Assembly: GCA_050084515.1 (NCBI GenBank)
Contig: CM114271.1
Span: forward strand, 32,860,001 to 32,924,000
Direction of reading: 5' to 3'
Length of the DNA: 64,000 nucleotides
DNA from: Blasia pusilla
Taxonomy: Eukaryota
Positions within the stretch are counted from its first letter, which is position 1, and each line of letters starts with the position of its first letter. The translations under genes and the position numbers were made by a program. This document shows positions 25,851 through 36,784 of the stretch, one piece after another. A model generated the notes under the pieces. It worked only from the letters and a program-made list of their open reading frames with translations. It ran no database searches and had not been told where the DNA came from.

Positions 25851-28800
25851 TCAAGTGGTAGTCTTCCGCCGTCCAACTCTAGCAACAAATCCAGCCTTGA
25901 TTTGGGCGACAGACCGAGAGCATCCACACTGCACAGGAGAACAATTTTCTCAGCAAAACAGATGGAATTGTTCATTACAATCACCAAATCAAAGCACGAT
26001 CCTACTTGGAGTGTGACACAGAACTACATCTCCACTAATGTGGAGATGTAGTCTCGTTGCAGAAATATAGCGGAAACTTTGATGAATTCAACTAATCTTC
26101 AGACACCAGAATCAAAACACCATAGCTTACTTGTTCACAGCGAAGAAAGAATAGTCGATTCTCCTTTGTGAGAACGGTATCTGGACTCTTGCATCCATTA
26201 CACATCACATATTCATCTACAAAACCATCCAGAATTGAAAATCATTAGGGCTTCCAAATTTCTACCTTGAAATACCTACATCATTGTTGGAGACATCTGT
26301 TATCCCTAAATGGAAAAATAATCAGTTCTTCAATGACATATGCACGATACTACTCTAAAGTGGTCTCTAAAGTGGTCGTCTTTGATGTATTTTGAAATTT
26401 CTGCTTAAATTGCCATACCAAAATATGGAAAATATCCACGTCAAATTTAACATGCAATAACAGCACTCCAAAATTATTTACAAGACATTTGTTTTCCCTG
26501 CAGTTTTAAGGCTGTTCGGAATCTTTGGGCTGACTCCAGTCCATTCAGTGTGCTGAAGCCAGGATATTTAGGGCTCCAGACATCAATCCAAATCGAAGCA
26601 CAATAAGCTCAACCGGCAAAAGGACATATAACAACAATCCTATCGAACTGTGGACTTCAGTACCAGAAAGAGGTTACAGACATGCTCTTGGGCAACCAAA
26701 GTAGACAGCAATGACTACGTCAGAGACTTACTGACATATCGTCGCAAAATACCCTCAAAATTCTTAGGAGCAAAACGACCCTTGACCACCAGACGCTGCT
26801 GCCCGTCGAGGGACCCACTAGTTCCCAACTCAGCCAGCAAGAAAGCCATCACGTGCTCAGGTTGCCGATGCATGCTGATCAATATCAAAATGAATGGTTA
26901 CCAAAAAATTGAATTGATGATAAAAGAGTGAAACAAAACCACAAGATGCTGGGAGATAACATCAGTCACATAGGAAAAACATCAAGTACATGGATAACTT
27001 TGACCATATTCTTACGTCTTGCACAGGTCCATGAAGTTCACAAAGACGGTCTTCTTGGTTCCTTCCCTGAGAACCTGTGGGGGCCTCATGATAGTTCGTC
27101 TTTTCTCTCCAGCCAACTCTGGATTGTTTTCACGTAGAATATTGAAAACCCTGCCTAGTAGCTGGACACACGAGCAGCAAAGAGCATTGAGAACTTAATC
27201 AAGTAAATAAGTACAGGTATAGCATTTTGGTCATCATGAAGCAATTGGTTGACTATGCATGAAGCAACATGACTAGACAGAAGAGTGCTGCCTATGATGT
27301 TCCAAGTACAACAACAGTTACCAATTCTGACCTCTTCGTAATTGTAATCTCGATCTGTGCCTTCCCAGGGAAAGCGAGCTTCAAGAATAATGCCCTCGGC
27401 TTCTTCATCATCTTCATCATCCTCATCTTCTGCCACTTCCACACCTTGACACCCACCCATTTCCATGTAAGCCCAACAGGCGTCACTAAAAACTATAGGA
27501 ATTGGACAAATCAGACATTCAATTTCTCCCAATAGACTGACCATTTGTTTCTGCCGTTGCATCCCCGTTTTCTTCCTCAAACTCGCCCTCAACCTGTCAG
27601 ACAAAATATGGTTGCTTCAATACAATGTGGACACAATCTGAAACACTGGATTGCCAATACTAACATCCACATGGCTGTTTGGATAACAGCCATGGTGATG
27701 GCTGTTATCAATCTTCCTCTCAATGGCGGATCTAAGAACCTCATCCATCATCCTCAACAGGAATACTGTTTCTGCATCGCTCTTCCTCCTTATGGAGGAG
27801 TCATAAACCCAACACCTCAACCTTGGCACCCACCTCCAGGTGGTACAGCAATTCATCTGAGGGAGTTCATGTTAATACAGAGAGAGAGAGAGACTGTACT
27901 CATTAAGTAGTGCCTGTCGTAGCCTTGTGACCATAGACCCCCTGGCCTGGTTGGACCGTGCTTAGAGACTGTATTCATTAAGTAGTGCCTGTTGTAGCCT
28001 TACGACTATAGACCCCACGCCTTGGTTGGACGGTGCTTGAGACTGGGATGGGTGTAGAGAGAGGAACAAGTGAAGGAGGTCCCATATGAGAGGAGGGAGA
28101 CACTTTCATCTAGTGTGAGTGCTGACCAAACAACGTGTTGGTGCAGAGCTTCCACGTATCAACCAGGAAACTCTTCACCACACCATCTACTTTACCTGAT
28201 TGGGATCCTCAATAGACATTACTTACCAGTGAAGCAGCTTTGGGCAATGAATCAAGGCGACTGAATGTGTTGAACTATTCTGGTGTTACCAGCTTAGCAA
28301 TATCAGCATATGCTCTTGCTCTGTGTGTTGTGATTTAGCACAGGAGACCAAGTAATTACAAGAGGTTTCATCCCCATTGTCACACAAGGCGCAAGAGTTT
28401 AGTTGTGTTCCCAACCCGCTTTTCTTATGGTTCAAGGGGATTGCCCCCATCCTGAACTTGGACTTGAGCCGGGTTCCCAAGCAAGGGGTTCCCCACAAAT
28501 AGTTCTTCAGTTCTGCATTCTCAGGATATACCATCAAAAGAGAGAGGTCAGACGTTTTCATGGCTTCCTCCGTGCTGTTTTGCTGTGAGCGTTTGCACAC
28601 TGCTTTGGTTATGGTATCCAAAAATGCTTTCTCACCTTGCTCCCACAGTTCAGGCCCTGCTGGGAGCTTGGATGCTTGCACAATCTCTTGAACCTTTTTC
28701 GTCCAAGATTTGGCCTGCCTTACGGGTCTTCTTTGGGTCCAAGTTTTCCCCATCACCTCTTTAGGATAGCAATGGGAGTCCATTGTCTCCAGCTACATCC

Positions 28801-29425
28801 GCCATTTCAACTTGGCGATGTCACGTCTATCCTCCAAGGGTTCCTTCCACACCAAGTTCTGATCTCATACCAACTCGGGCTATTCGTGAGGAAGTTAACA
28901 TAATACCCCGAAACGCCTTCAGCTGCACAGCTTCAAGCTTTTCCCCTTGTTTAGAGAGAGAGAGAGACAACTCATTAAGTAGTGCCTGTCGTAGCCTTGC
29001 GTCCGTAGACCCCACGCCCTAGTTGAATGGAGGGAGGGAGAGAGTAAAGTAGATTTCTAGTCCATGGGAAGCCTGTCTAGCTTGTGGGACCCCTTCCACT
29101 AACGTGATATTCATGTCGCATCCAACAGGCACCTTCACATCTAGATTTCTGTTCCGAGTTACCACTGAGGAGATTTGGTTGTTTTTTTGGTTTTGTTTTT
29201 TAATTGAAGGTCTGGAATTTCTTTTTATCCAGATTTATAATCATGGCACACACTTGAAAGGGCCACAAGGCGTTTTCTCTCAAACATGGACCATCCATGC
29301 CCTAGGTAGGGGACACCACTGCCCTGGGGTTGAGACCGCCCCCCACTGTCCAAGGGGAGAGTTGAACCCCGGACCTCTTTAAGAGGACCTTATGTCGGTT
29401 CAGCTGGCCTCTTGGTCATCTACTG

Positions 29426-29472
<47 letters not shown>

Positions 29473-29637
29473 ACTCATTAAGTAGTGCCTGTCATAGCCT
29501 TGCGACCATAGACCCTGCGCCCAGAGAGAGAGAGAGACTACTCATTGAGTAGTACACCTGTCGTAGCCCTGGGACCTTAGACCCCACGCCATCGTTGAAC
29601 GGTGCTTGAGACTGGGATGAGTGTATATGTTTATATT

Positions 29638-29673
<36 letters not shown>

Positions 29674-31252
29674 TCCAAATTCTTAACCTGGGAGCACTGG
29701 CAGTTTACACACCTACACACCAAGGAATATAAAGTGTTCTCTCTCTATCGAGCATGGGTATTGTAATATCTTGCAGGAGATTACATTAAACCAGTTCAGC
29801 TACACCACTTAGCCTTCTTCCGCCAGGGAGACAGGAAGGGAGAGAGAGTATCCGTCCTCTTATGTGGTGCTTCTTCCTCTCTTTGGTCCATACGGATCAC
29901 CAACTTCGACTAGCGCATGAGGTGCACGATCATGACAATCACAAGGCTACAGCATTCACTACTTAAGTAATGCAAAAATGAAGTATTGCAAATCGTGTGA
30001 TGTGGGAATGCAACCTCCGGTCACTACATCATCAACTGTGCGAAATTCACAACACAAAGAATAACAGCCTATGTTCAAAGTACACAACTGGAATCCCAAT
30101 CAGGTAAGTACGTAATGTCGTAAAGAAATTTTGGTTAATACCTGGAAGCTCCGTACCAACTCTCTATGGGCAGCACTCACACTACACGAGAATCTCTCTT
30201 CCTCTCATGTGGGTACCTTCTTCACTTCTTCTGTGTGAAACTCTCTGGCACCGTCCAACCAGGGACTCCTAGGTTGGACGGTGCCAGAGAGTTTCACACA
30301 GATCAATGGTCGCATGGCCGCGACAGCGACTGTTTAGGGAGAGCAGTCTCTCTTTGTTTGCATCGAGGACGCAACCAAAGAGAATCAACAAAACTCAAAG
30401 CTCCTTAATGAAGAAGCTGGCTGAAATTCATGTTCAGAACAGAGCGATCCCTTAACTCACGATAAGACCAGGACGGGAATGCAACCGAAGTCCTATACCT
30501 TACATGATGGGAGTAACAATCTCGGTCACTACTTCGTCACCTGTGTGAAATCTACGACACCACGAGTGACTCTCTGAGTGAAATTGCTTACGTGCCAGTA
30601 CCATACGTTCGTAAAACTCGGCAGCCTAGATTCACTGCCACAAGCTGCTGCACAGTTATGTAGCGTACTTAGGGGATCCCAATCAGCTGAGGTAGAGAGT
30701 GTTGGAAAGCGTTTTTGGCGGATACTGGACGCTCCGCACCAACACTATATGTGGAAAACGCCTAGACTATCTGACCTCCGGTTCTCTCCTGAGGTACTTT
30801 CTACGATTCTTCATTCCCCTGCGCACCCATCCCAGTCTATAGGACTCTCTGCGCGGGATCTATGGTCGTAGGGCTGCGAAACGCATTCACATACTTCTTC
30901 ATGAACTCACTAACTTACAGGTTTCTTCTTCTTCTTCTTCTTCATGCCAGCGAAAGATGGGTCCACCCCATCGCCCGTTGTAGAGGCCAGGGACATGCTA
31001 TCGACTTTCGCCGCTACCTTGTCGACGGCTTCCAGGTCTTCCTCCTCATGCACGCGAGGTTTCTTCTTCTTCTTTTTCTTCGTAGGGTCAAAGGGATGAA
31101 TCTGTCGAGCAACCACAACATCCATCGAAACCGTCACCAAAGCACCGACAGCCGAAAAACAAAAACACCGAATTCTGCCACATCCTTACCTCCCCGGGCG
31201 CCGCTTCTTCCTTCACTTCCGTAGCCACCTCCTCGCGACCCTCGTCCGCCAT
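25851..31252 (-). CDS. EIF2S2: Eukaryotic translation initiation factor 2 subunit beta (about 287 aa, 8 exons)
   Basis: Exons: 31190-31252, 30919-31101, 27542-27593, 27332-27444, 27016-27161, 26732-26874, 26131-26216, 25851-25928. All introns are GT-AG and phase-compatible (864 nt including TGA). The protein has two poly-Lys boxes, the eIF2B/5 domain ([17 protein letters not shown]...[34 protein letters not shown]) and a C2-C2 zinc finger (CNGC...CEQC). The exon 4 acceptor is the least certain junction. Confidence 0.96.
27879..28951 (-). mobile_element. 5'-truncated non-LTR retrotransposon (RTE/RTEX-like C-terminus, 3' UTR and (TC)n tail) in eIF2-beta intron 2
   Basis: Translates [14 protein letters not shown]...RSELGVE...AKLKW, then [10 protein letters not shown]...[18 protein letters not shown] (degenerate CCHC). 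Its 3' end reads ...GGCTACGACAGGCACTACTTAATGAGTACAG(TC)n and is tandemly duplicated. Confidence 0.75.
28953..29025 (-). repeat. Short 3'-end copy of the same LINE
   Basis: (GA)n followed by CTCATTAAGTAGTGCCTGTCGTAGCCTTGCG on the + strand. Confidence 0.8.
29230..29420 (-). mobile_element. Possible tRNA-derived SINE
   Basis: The minus strand has a tRNA-like arm followed by the B-box GGTTCAACTC (about 29359-29368) and an A-rich end. The A-box is weak. Confidence 0.4.
29428..29669 (-). repeat. Two more LINE 3'-end copies interleaved with (GA)n/(TC)n tracts
   Basis: (GA)n 29428-29468, unit, (GA)n 29523-29537, unit, (GA)n 29641-29669. Confidence 0.85.
29985..30352 (+). mobile_element. Opposite-orientation diverged copy of the same LINE 3' region
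   Basis: Translates [21 protein letters not shown] (C-x2-C-x8-H-x4-C, one frameshift). DNA is similar to the reverse complement of 28040-28220 and ends ...GCAGTCTCTCT. An older related copy lies at about 29850-29965. Confidence 0.7.
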
Positions 31253-31254
31253 CT

Positions 31255-31318
31255 TGCACGCCTTGAGAAGAGCTCGATTGATCAACTGCACGCCTTGTGA
31301 AGAGCTCGATTGATCAAT
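31255..31318. repeat. 32-bp tandem duplication immediately upstream of the eIF2-beta ATG
   Basis: TGCACGCCTTG(A/T)GAAGAGCTCGATTGATCAA(C/T) twice. Confidence 0.95.
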
Positions 31319-31417
31319 TGATCGTTACGGCCCCTGGTTAAAGGCCGTATTGTGCGGACGCACCAGGTTGCTTGGACGTCTGTAGGCAATGACCAATGAA
31401 AATATGTATAACCTGTC

Positions 31418-31429
31418 TAGGGTTAGGGT
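31418..31429 (-). promoter_or_regulatory. Telo-box-like motif in the eIF2-beta promoter
   Basis: ACCCTAACCCTA on the minus strand, about 170 bp upstream of the ATG. Telo-boxes are typical of plant translation-machinery promoters. Confidence 0.35.
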
Positions 31430-33045
31430 ATTCGCTCACTCACCTAAAGTCTGTACGTGTTGCGCCTTACGGGGATCAGTTTATATCATGTAGACACATG
31501 TAGCCGTCGTTTAGATTTCATGTATCTTCCCCTTTTTTAGGAGACTCCATGGTTGTACTGCAACCTAACTCCTTAAGCAATTCGATGAAGGTCTATCATT
31601 CCCACCGGATACGGTTTTCATGTTCAATGCCGCCTCCGTTTTGCAATGGATCATCCTGAATTGTATTCATGACCTTTGTATTGTAGTATCATGTCTTGGT
31701 TGGACACTGGTATATTAAAGTCACATGTATGCCATGATTCTTTTATCAAATTTTCAATTGTCTTTAACATATCCCACCCTAAATTTTATGTGGCATGGTT
31801 GTCTTCATTGTATGACTTACTCCGTGTAGGTCAATCATACATTTATGCCTTAATTTTATAGGTATTCCGGATTCAGCTATATCGTATTCGTGTCATTATC
31901 GCTTCCTAATGGAATCGGAGCCAACTCTCTTCCTCAATACAAAGTTTTCATCGGAGCATTGTCATAACGGATCAATCTGAGTTTAATATCTCTAGTATAT
32001 TCCTAGAATAGTGATTTTTTATCATCTCGAACTTGCCAACCACAACTTTGGCATGACTTGTGTTTTCATAAGCTTCGTATTCATCTGTTTCTATTTTAGG
32101 TTGTTTGACGCCACCACAAAGCTCAACGATACTAGCTCATTAAAATCCCCATCACCGTCTACCATTTTTTGTTTGTCACCATAAGCGTTTTCATTGAACA
32201 TCGCTTTCAAGTGATTCCAACATTGTACTTACTAAAGGTCAACTAATCTGCATTCATCCTTAATTCCCCCCCATTGATTATGGTGCCTTTTTTCCCACTC
32301 GATCTTAGTAAATTTAGTTGGACACATGATTTTTGTTTCCTTTTCCTCACATATTCATCAATAGTCATAAGCTACTCGACAAAGGAGCAACAACATCGAC
32401 GCAAGCTTCATTATGCGTGGTAGGTGGATTTCCTATATTCAGTTTATGTGCTTTCATGATCTTTGACTTAGCACCATTACAGACTTCATATTTTGCCATC
32501 TGAGTACCTAATGAGTACCTAACCATTATTGGTCATTTTGGTTGCTTTGCTTAGCGTCAACTAGTGATTGCTTGCACAAGTATTTCACTCTGTAATTTAC
32601 TATATAATGCTAAAAGATTCTTCATTTCATTCCGAACTCTGTTTGCTTTGCTCATCACATGCGCAGCTCCACTGTTAGGTTTAGACTTCTCTGGATCGTG
32701 TTTCAGCATTCCGTTTTGCTGGAGCAGCCGATCCAACGATACTTCATTGTGAAATAGAAGAATCTCACATTTGTGACAGTTCTATCGACACACTATCCAC
32801 ACGAGTTTCATTCACAACTTCTTTCATAGTATGTAGATTTCCGACTAAAGCATTTGTTATTTTGGTAATTTTCTTGAATATCTATTCATGTCATGCTTTT
32901 CAAAACACTAGTTACAATCTTGGTTAAAGATGTGCATAGTAGTCTCACAGTGCTATTGTGTTTTGTCTGGATGACATGGTTGAATTTGTTGCAATCCTTC
33001 TGCCACATTTGAAGGTATTCATTGTGATTGAAGGTATGCCCAGAC

Positions 33046-34607
33046 ATCCGCCATCGAATTTAGCAAAACAAATTAGGCGAGAAAACAAAATACGGCAGAG
33101 ATTGCCCACCGCACACATGAAAACTTTACAAAGGAGACCAAACTCGCCCTTTTGGTTTAATGCTAGCTGCTTCTTAGAACTTTGGAAGTCACTATGTAAT
33201 TCTTTCTTTGCAGATAGGCAATGTTGTGGTTTTTGCAGATCTATACGTTTAGGCATCTCCTCATGTGTGAAATTTAACAAAATTTCTACACATACTTATC
33301 CACCATATGCACTGGGCAACGCTTTTGTGTTGAAATACATTATACCAAAGCCAAGCTTCCACTACGAATGCAATAGGTGCAAAACTGGTAGTCACATGTA
33401 TGCTTTTAATGTTTATATGACACCTACTTATATGCATGACATTTTGTCTTGTAATCCCCTGTATTTACAGTTACTTTCGATTGTCGACTCCCGAGTTGGC
33501 ATAACATCTAAATATAACGGGTTCCATAATGGATTTTTCAGTGTGGATTCATTGTTGGATAGCCCTCTAGTACATTGGAATATGGTTACATATCAATGTG
33601 ATAATGAAACCGCTATCTATTGTCAGATAAGCATCATTATGCTAGTAAATATGCATGTGAATGCTCTTTTCAAGGACTATTTGACACTCATAGAACTACC
33701 GAGTCCCACTTGTGGACTCGTTATCTTGCCTTCACAATCAATAGACAAAATTTTGAAGGCATCTCATGAGAAAGGTTTGTAACCCATACTATGAACATAG
33801 ATCCATACAGGGAATTAAATATCATTCAGGATGTTCAGTATTCAATTCATATAAGGAAAAAAAAATCAGGGGATATTTTTTACAGTGGTAGTATGTACCG
33901 TAGACAATGCTCATCACTACGCACTAGCCTTATTACACGGTTCACTGGTTTATCTGAGGATAGCGGACTGACTCTCAAGACAAGCATGTTTCCTTTTTTA
34001 TTTCCTTACTTGCGTGGCTTCTACAAAGGCGGAGTTTCCTTTGCAGAGTAATTTAAGAGTAGAGCTAATCAACTATTTATGTCTTTACCCTATATAAACC
34101 ATACATGCTTTTGATGTATAAATTCAAGCAGTCCATTGTTGTTGCAACATCAACTAGATCTTGTATTTTGAACCAAAAAATGGACACATTGCGTATTGCT
34201 AATCCATACATGTCCGAGGATGAACTACATGAAAGCCTAGCAAAGCATTCAATTAGTCCACAAATTTTAGGTAGTCCAGGTTGGCACAGTCGCCACTTGA
34301 AGGACCTCAAGGCAATGGTCAATAAGTGGGGCACGCCTAATTTTTTCCTAGCGTTAACATCTGATGAAATTTCAGACATAAGGTGGCATGTATTTTCCCA
34401 TCTTGAATCACTACCAATCAAAATGAACCCTCTGTTCATATGGAAGGATGTGCTAGTAGAGTGTGCAGTTTTATTTCATGTTAGGTTGCTTTCTTTTCTA
34501 AAATCTGCCATTTTTTATGGGCCAAAATTTTGGGTGAAGTCTTGCATTATGTAATCAGATATGAACTACAAGGTCGTGGTAGTCTGCACAGCCACATTAT
34601 TCTTTGG
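33046..34607 (+). mobile_element. Helitron-like RepHel H2, N-terminus and Rep motifs 1-2
   Basis: Cys-rich N-terminus, MFPFLFPY, GSPGWH...NKWGTPNFFLALTSDE (motif 1) and YVIRYELQGRGSLHSHIILW (HUH motif 2, 34548-34607). Confidence 0.9.
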
Positions 34608-35186
34608 TGTAGATGAAGGGCCCGACCCTCTTTTTCCAAAGGGGGGGGGGTTATTGGAGAACCCCAGAAGTACCAGTAAGGGGGAAGATCTCCGAGAGTG
34701 CTTGGAACCCAAACCCCACTTTGGGCGCCGCGGGGTGGCTCAAGGGCATGGAACGGAACGCGAGTTTGGGGGTTGGGTTGGAAAACCTGTACCAAATCCA
34801 TTGAGGCGATTTTAGACATTCCTTTTGGATTCCACTCCGCGACTCAATTACTTGGGTCTCGGTTTGGAACTCACCTGAGGGCCGTTGAACAGTTGGGATT
34901 GCTAGGTGCGCAAGTGCCGTTTCAGATCCTTGGACTAACCAGAAAGTCTGTTCCAAGTCTTGAAGGACTTGCCATGTTTTGGAAACTAGGAACTAAGGAA
35001 GGTTGAGCTTGATGAGACGCCAAGTTGAGGACTCGGTGGGTTGGAACGCTGGTTGGCCCATACCCGACTAACGAGAGTGCGTGTTTGGATGCAAATTGGC
35101 GAAGAGTTCGTGACCTACTGAACGTACGCTTCCGCAACACTAAAGATTGACGTTCAAGGAGAGTAGGGGCGCGACACCTTGGTACA
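34608..35186. other. Unidentified GC-richer insertion replacing the Rep motif 3 region of H2
   Basis: Homology to H3 stops after HIILW and resumes at LNIDIETTLHLGLEGLEDIQ. The segment is bounded by TG...CA without a TSD. Confidence 0.5.
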
Positions 35187-35950
35187 CTAAATATTGATAT
35201 AGAGACTACATTACACCTTGGATTAGAAGGTTTAGAAGATATACAATTAAAATTAGTATCCGGCGCAGTGTTGAATAGATTTCTATGTTCAACAGAAGGA
35301 ATACTTGCATCTTTGCAAATTCCAATTATAAGTCGTTATGATTCAGTTACTTATATAGACTCCAGACCACCTTCTAGAAGAACATCTTTGTATAAAAAGT
35401 CTTCATTAGTTTGTATACATCATGTCCAAATTAACTGCCATTGGCTAGGTATATTGTCACAGATAATATTCATAGAATATTGGCAAAACTATAATATAGT
35501 CAAGGATGAGAAAATCCAGATGTGATTTCATTGGTATAGTTTTTGTTGGTAATTTTGTATGTAAATCATCAAAACTGATGCGCTTTACATAGTACATTCC
35601 CATTCACCATTTAGATGAATTTGTCTACAACTTGCTTCTTTCTGTGGTATTGTTTAGATATAAATCAGCTGGTAACAAACACTAGACTTATTTACATGAA
35701 TGCATTCATAGACTTCTAATAGTTTCTATTGATGATATCCATGATCTAATTAGTACTTATGCAACCAAAAATATATGGAGAGTTATACAAGCTATAGGAA
35801 CCATCTCCAAATTGGATCTTTTACTTCACGAAGCTTTATAGACACAATCAGGTTTGTTTCAAACTAATGGATATGCATCATTATGTCAATATTATAAAGT
35901 AGTTTCTGTCAGTAAATCAATTGATACATTTAGTCCATCGGTTTGCTTTG
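35187..35950 (+). mobile_element. Helitron-like RepHel H2, Rep-helicase linker
   Basis: LNIDIETTLHLGLEGLEDIQ...YDSVTYIDSRPPSRRTSLYK...EYWQNY...IDTFSPS, homologous to the H1 and H3 linkers. Confidence 0.8.
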
Positions 35951-35951
35951 T

Positions 35952-36568
35952 TGTCGTGCGATACATATCGCTACACAACATACATTGCTGGTCACATCTA
36001 GACCACACAACACCGATCTTCCCCACACACGGGTCGATCCACACATGTACAAAAATCAACTCATACATATACATGGAGATCACAAAACAAAAATAAAGAG
36101 CAGTAAAAATGGCACACCTGGCCTAAAACTCCACTCCTCAATCGACATCGGCATATCGAGTCTCGTCCACCTTGTGCTCTCAAGGAATCCGGACGCTAGC
36201 ATCCTAGTCCTATCTCACACACATACAAGAGAGATGCTCCAACGGCCCAACATGAGAAAGATGGCTTAGGAAAGCCATTTTCCTCTATTATATAGGGTTG
36301 ACAAGAGCCAAAAGGCTCTTCCCCTAAAAATAGCCCTCCCCTTGGTAACCTACGCACACAGGTTACCAAGGGCGGGTGACTTGGTCAACAAGTCATCCGG
36401 TTGTGGAAGACCTAAACATGAAAGTTATTAAAAACGACGCTCCTGACACCATGAACCTATCCTCAACCTCATCCGACATAGTGGGACAAAGTTACACTCA
36501 AGATAGTCCGTTGGCTCCTACGCCCTATCCAAGATAGATCTCAGCCCATCAGCTACTCAGACGTGACA
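35952..36568 (-). repeat. Complete LTR-like unit (B+A), TGTC...GACA
   Basis: The minus strand begins TGTCACG and ends CACGACA. It has TATATAA near 36290 and the hairpin CCCTTGGTAACC/GGTTACCAAGGG at 36339-36372. Confidence 0.85.
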
Positions 36569-36570
36569 GC

Positions 36571-36704
36571 TGTTGTGCGCATACATATCGCTACACAACA
36601 TACATCGCTGATCACATCTACACCACACAACATCGATCTTCCCCACACACGGGTCGATCCACACATATACAAAAATCAACTCATACATATACATGGAGAT
36701 CACA
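36571..36704 (-). repeat. Second copy (A') of the distal LTR segment
   Basis: Near-identical to 35952-36084. Confidence 0.92.
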
Positions 36705-36784
36705 CAATCGCCTCCCTAGCTGGCAGTTGGATCCCCCCAACTCCACATAGAAAATATCACATCTCTATGACATGACCTACTACC

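Noticed and set aside
27155-27604. 149-aa ORF as a separate gene
   Set aside because: It is eIF2-beta exon 4 read through the flanking introns.
27894-29620. Repeats of about 60 bp as a CRISPR array or hammerhead/retrozyme units
   Set aside because: Eukaryotic intron, irregular spacing and no CTGATGA/GAAA core. They are contiguous with a LINE C-terminus.
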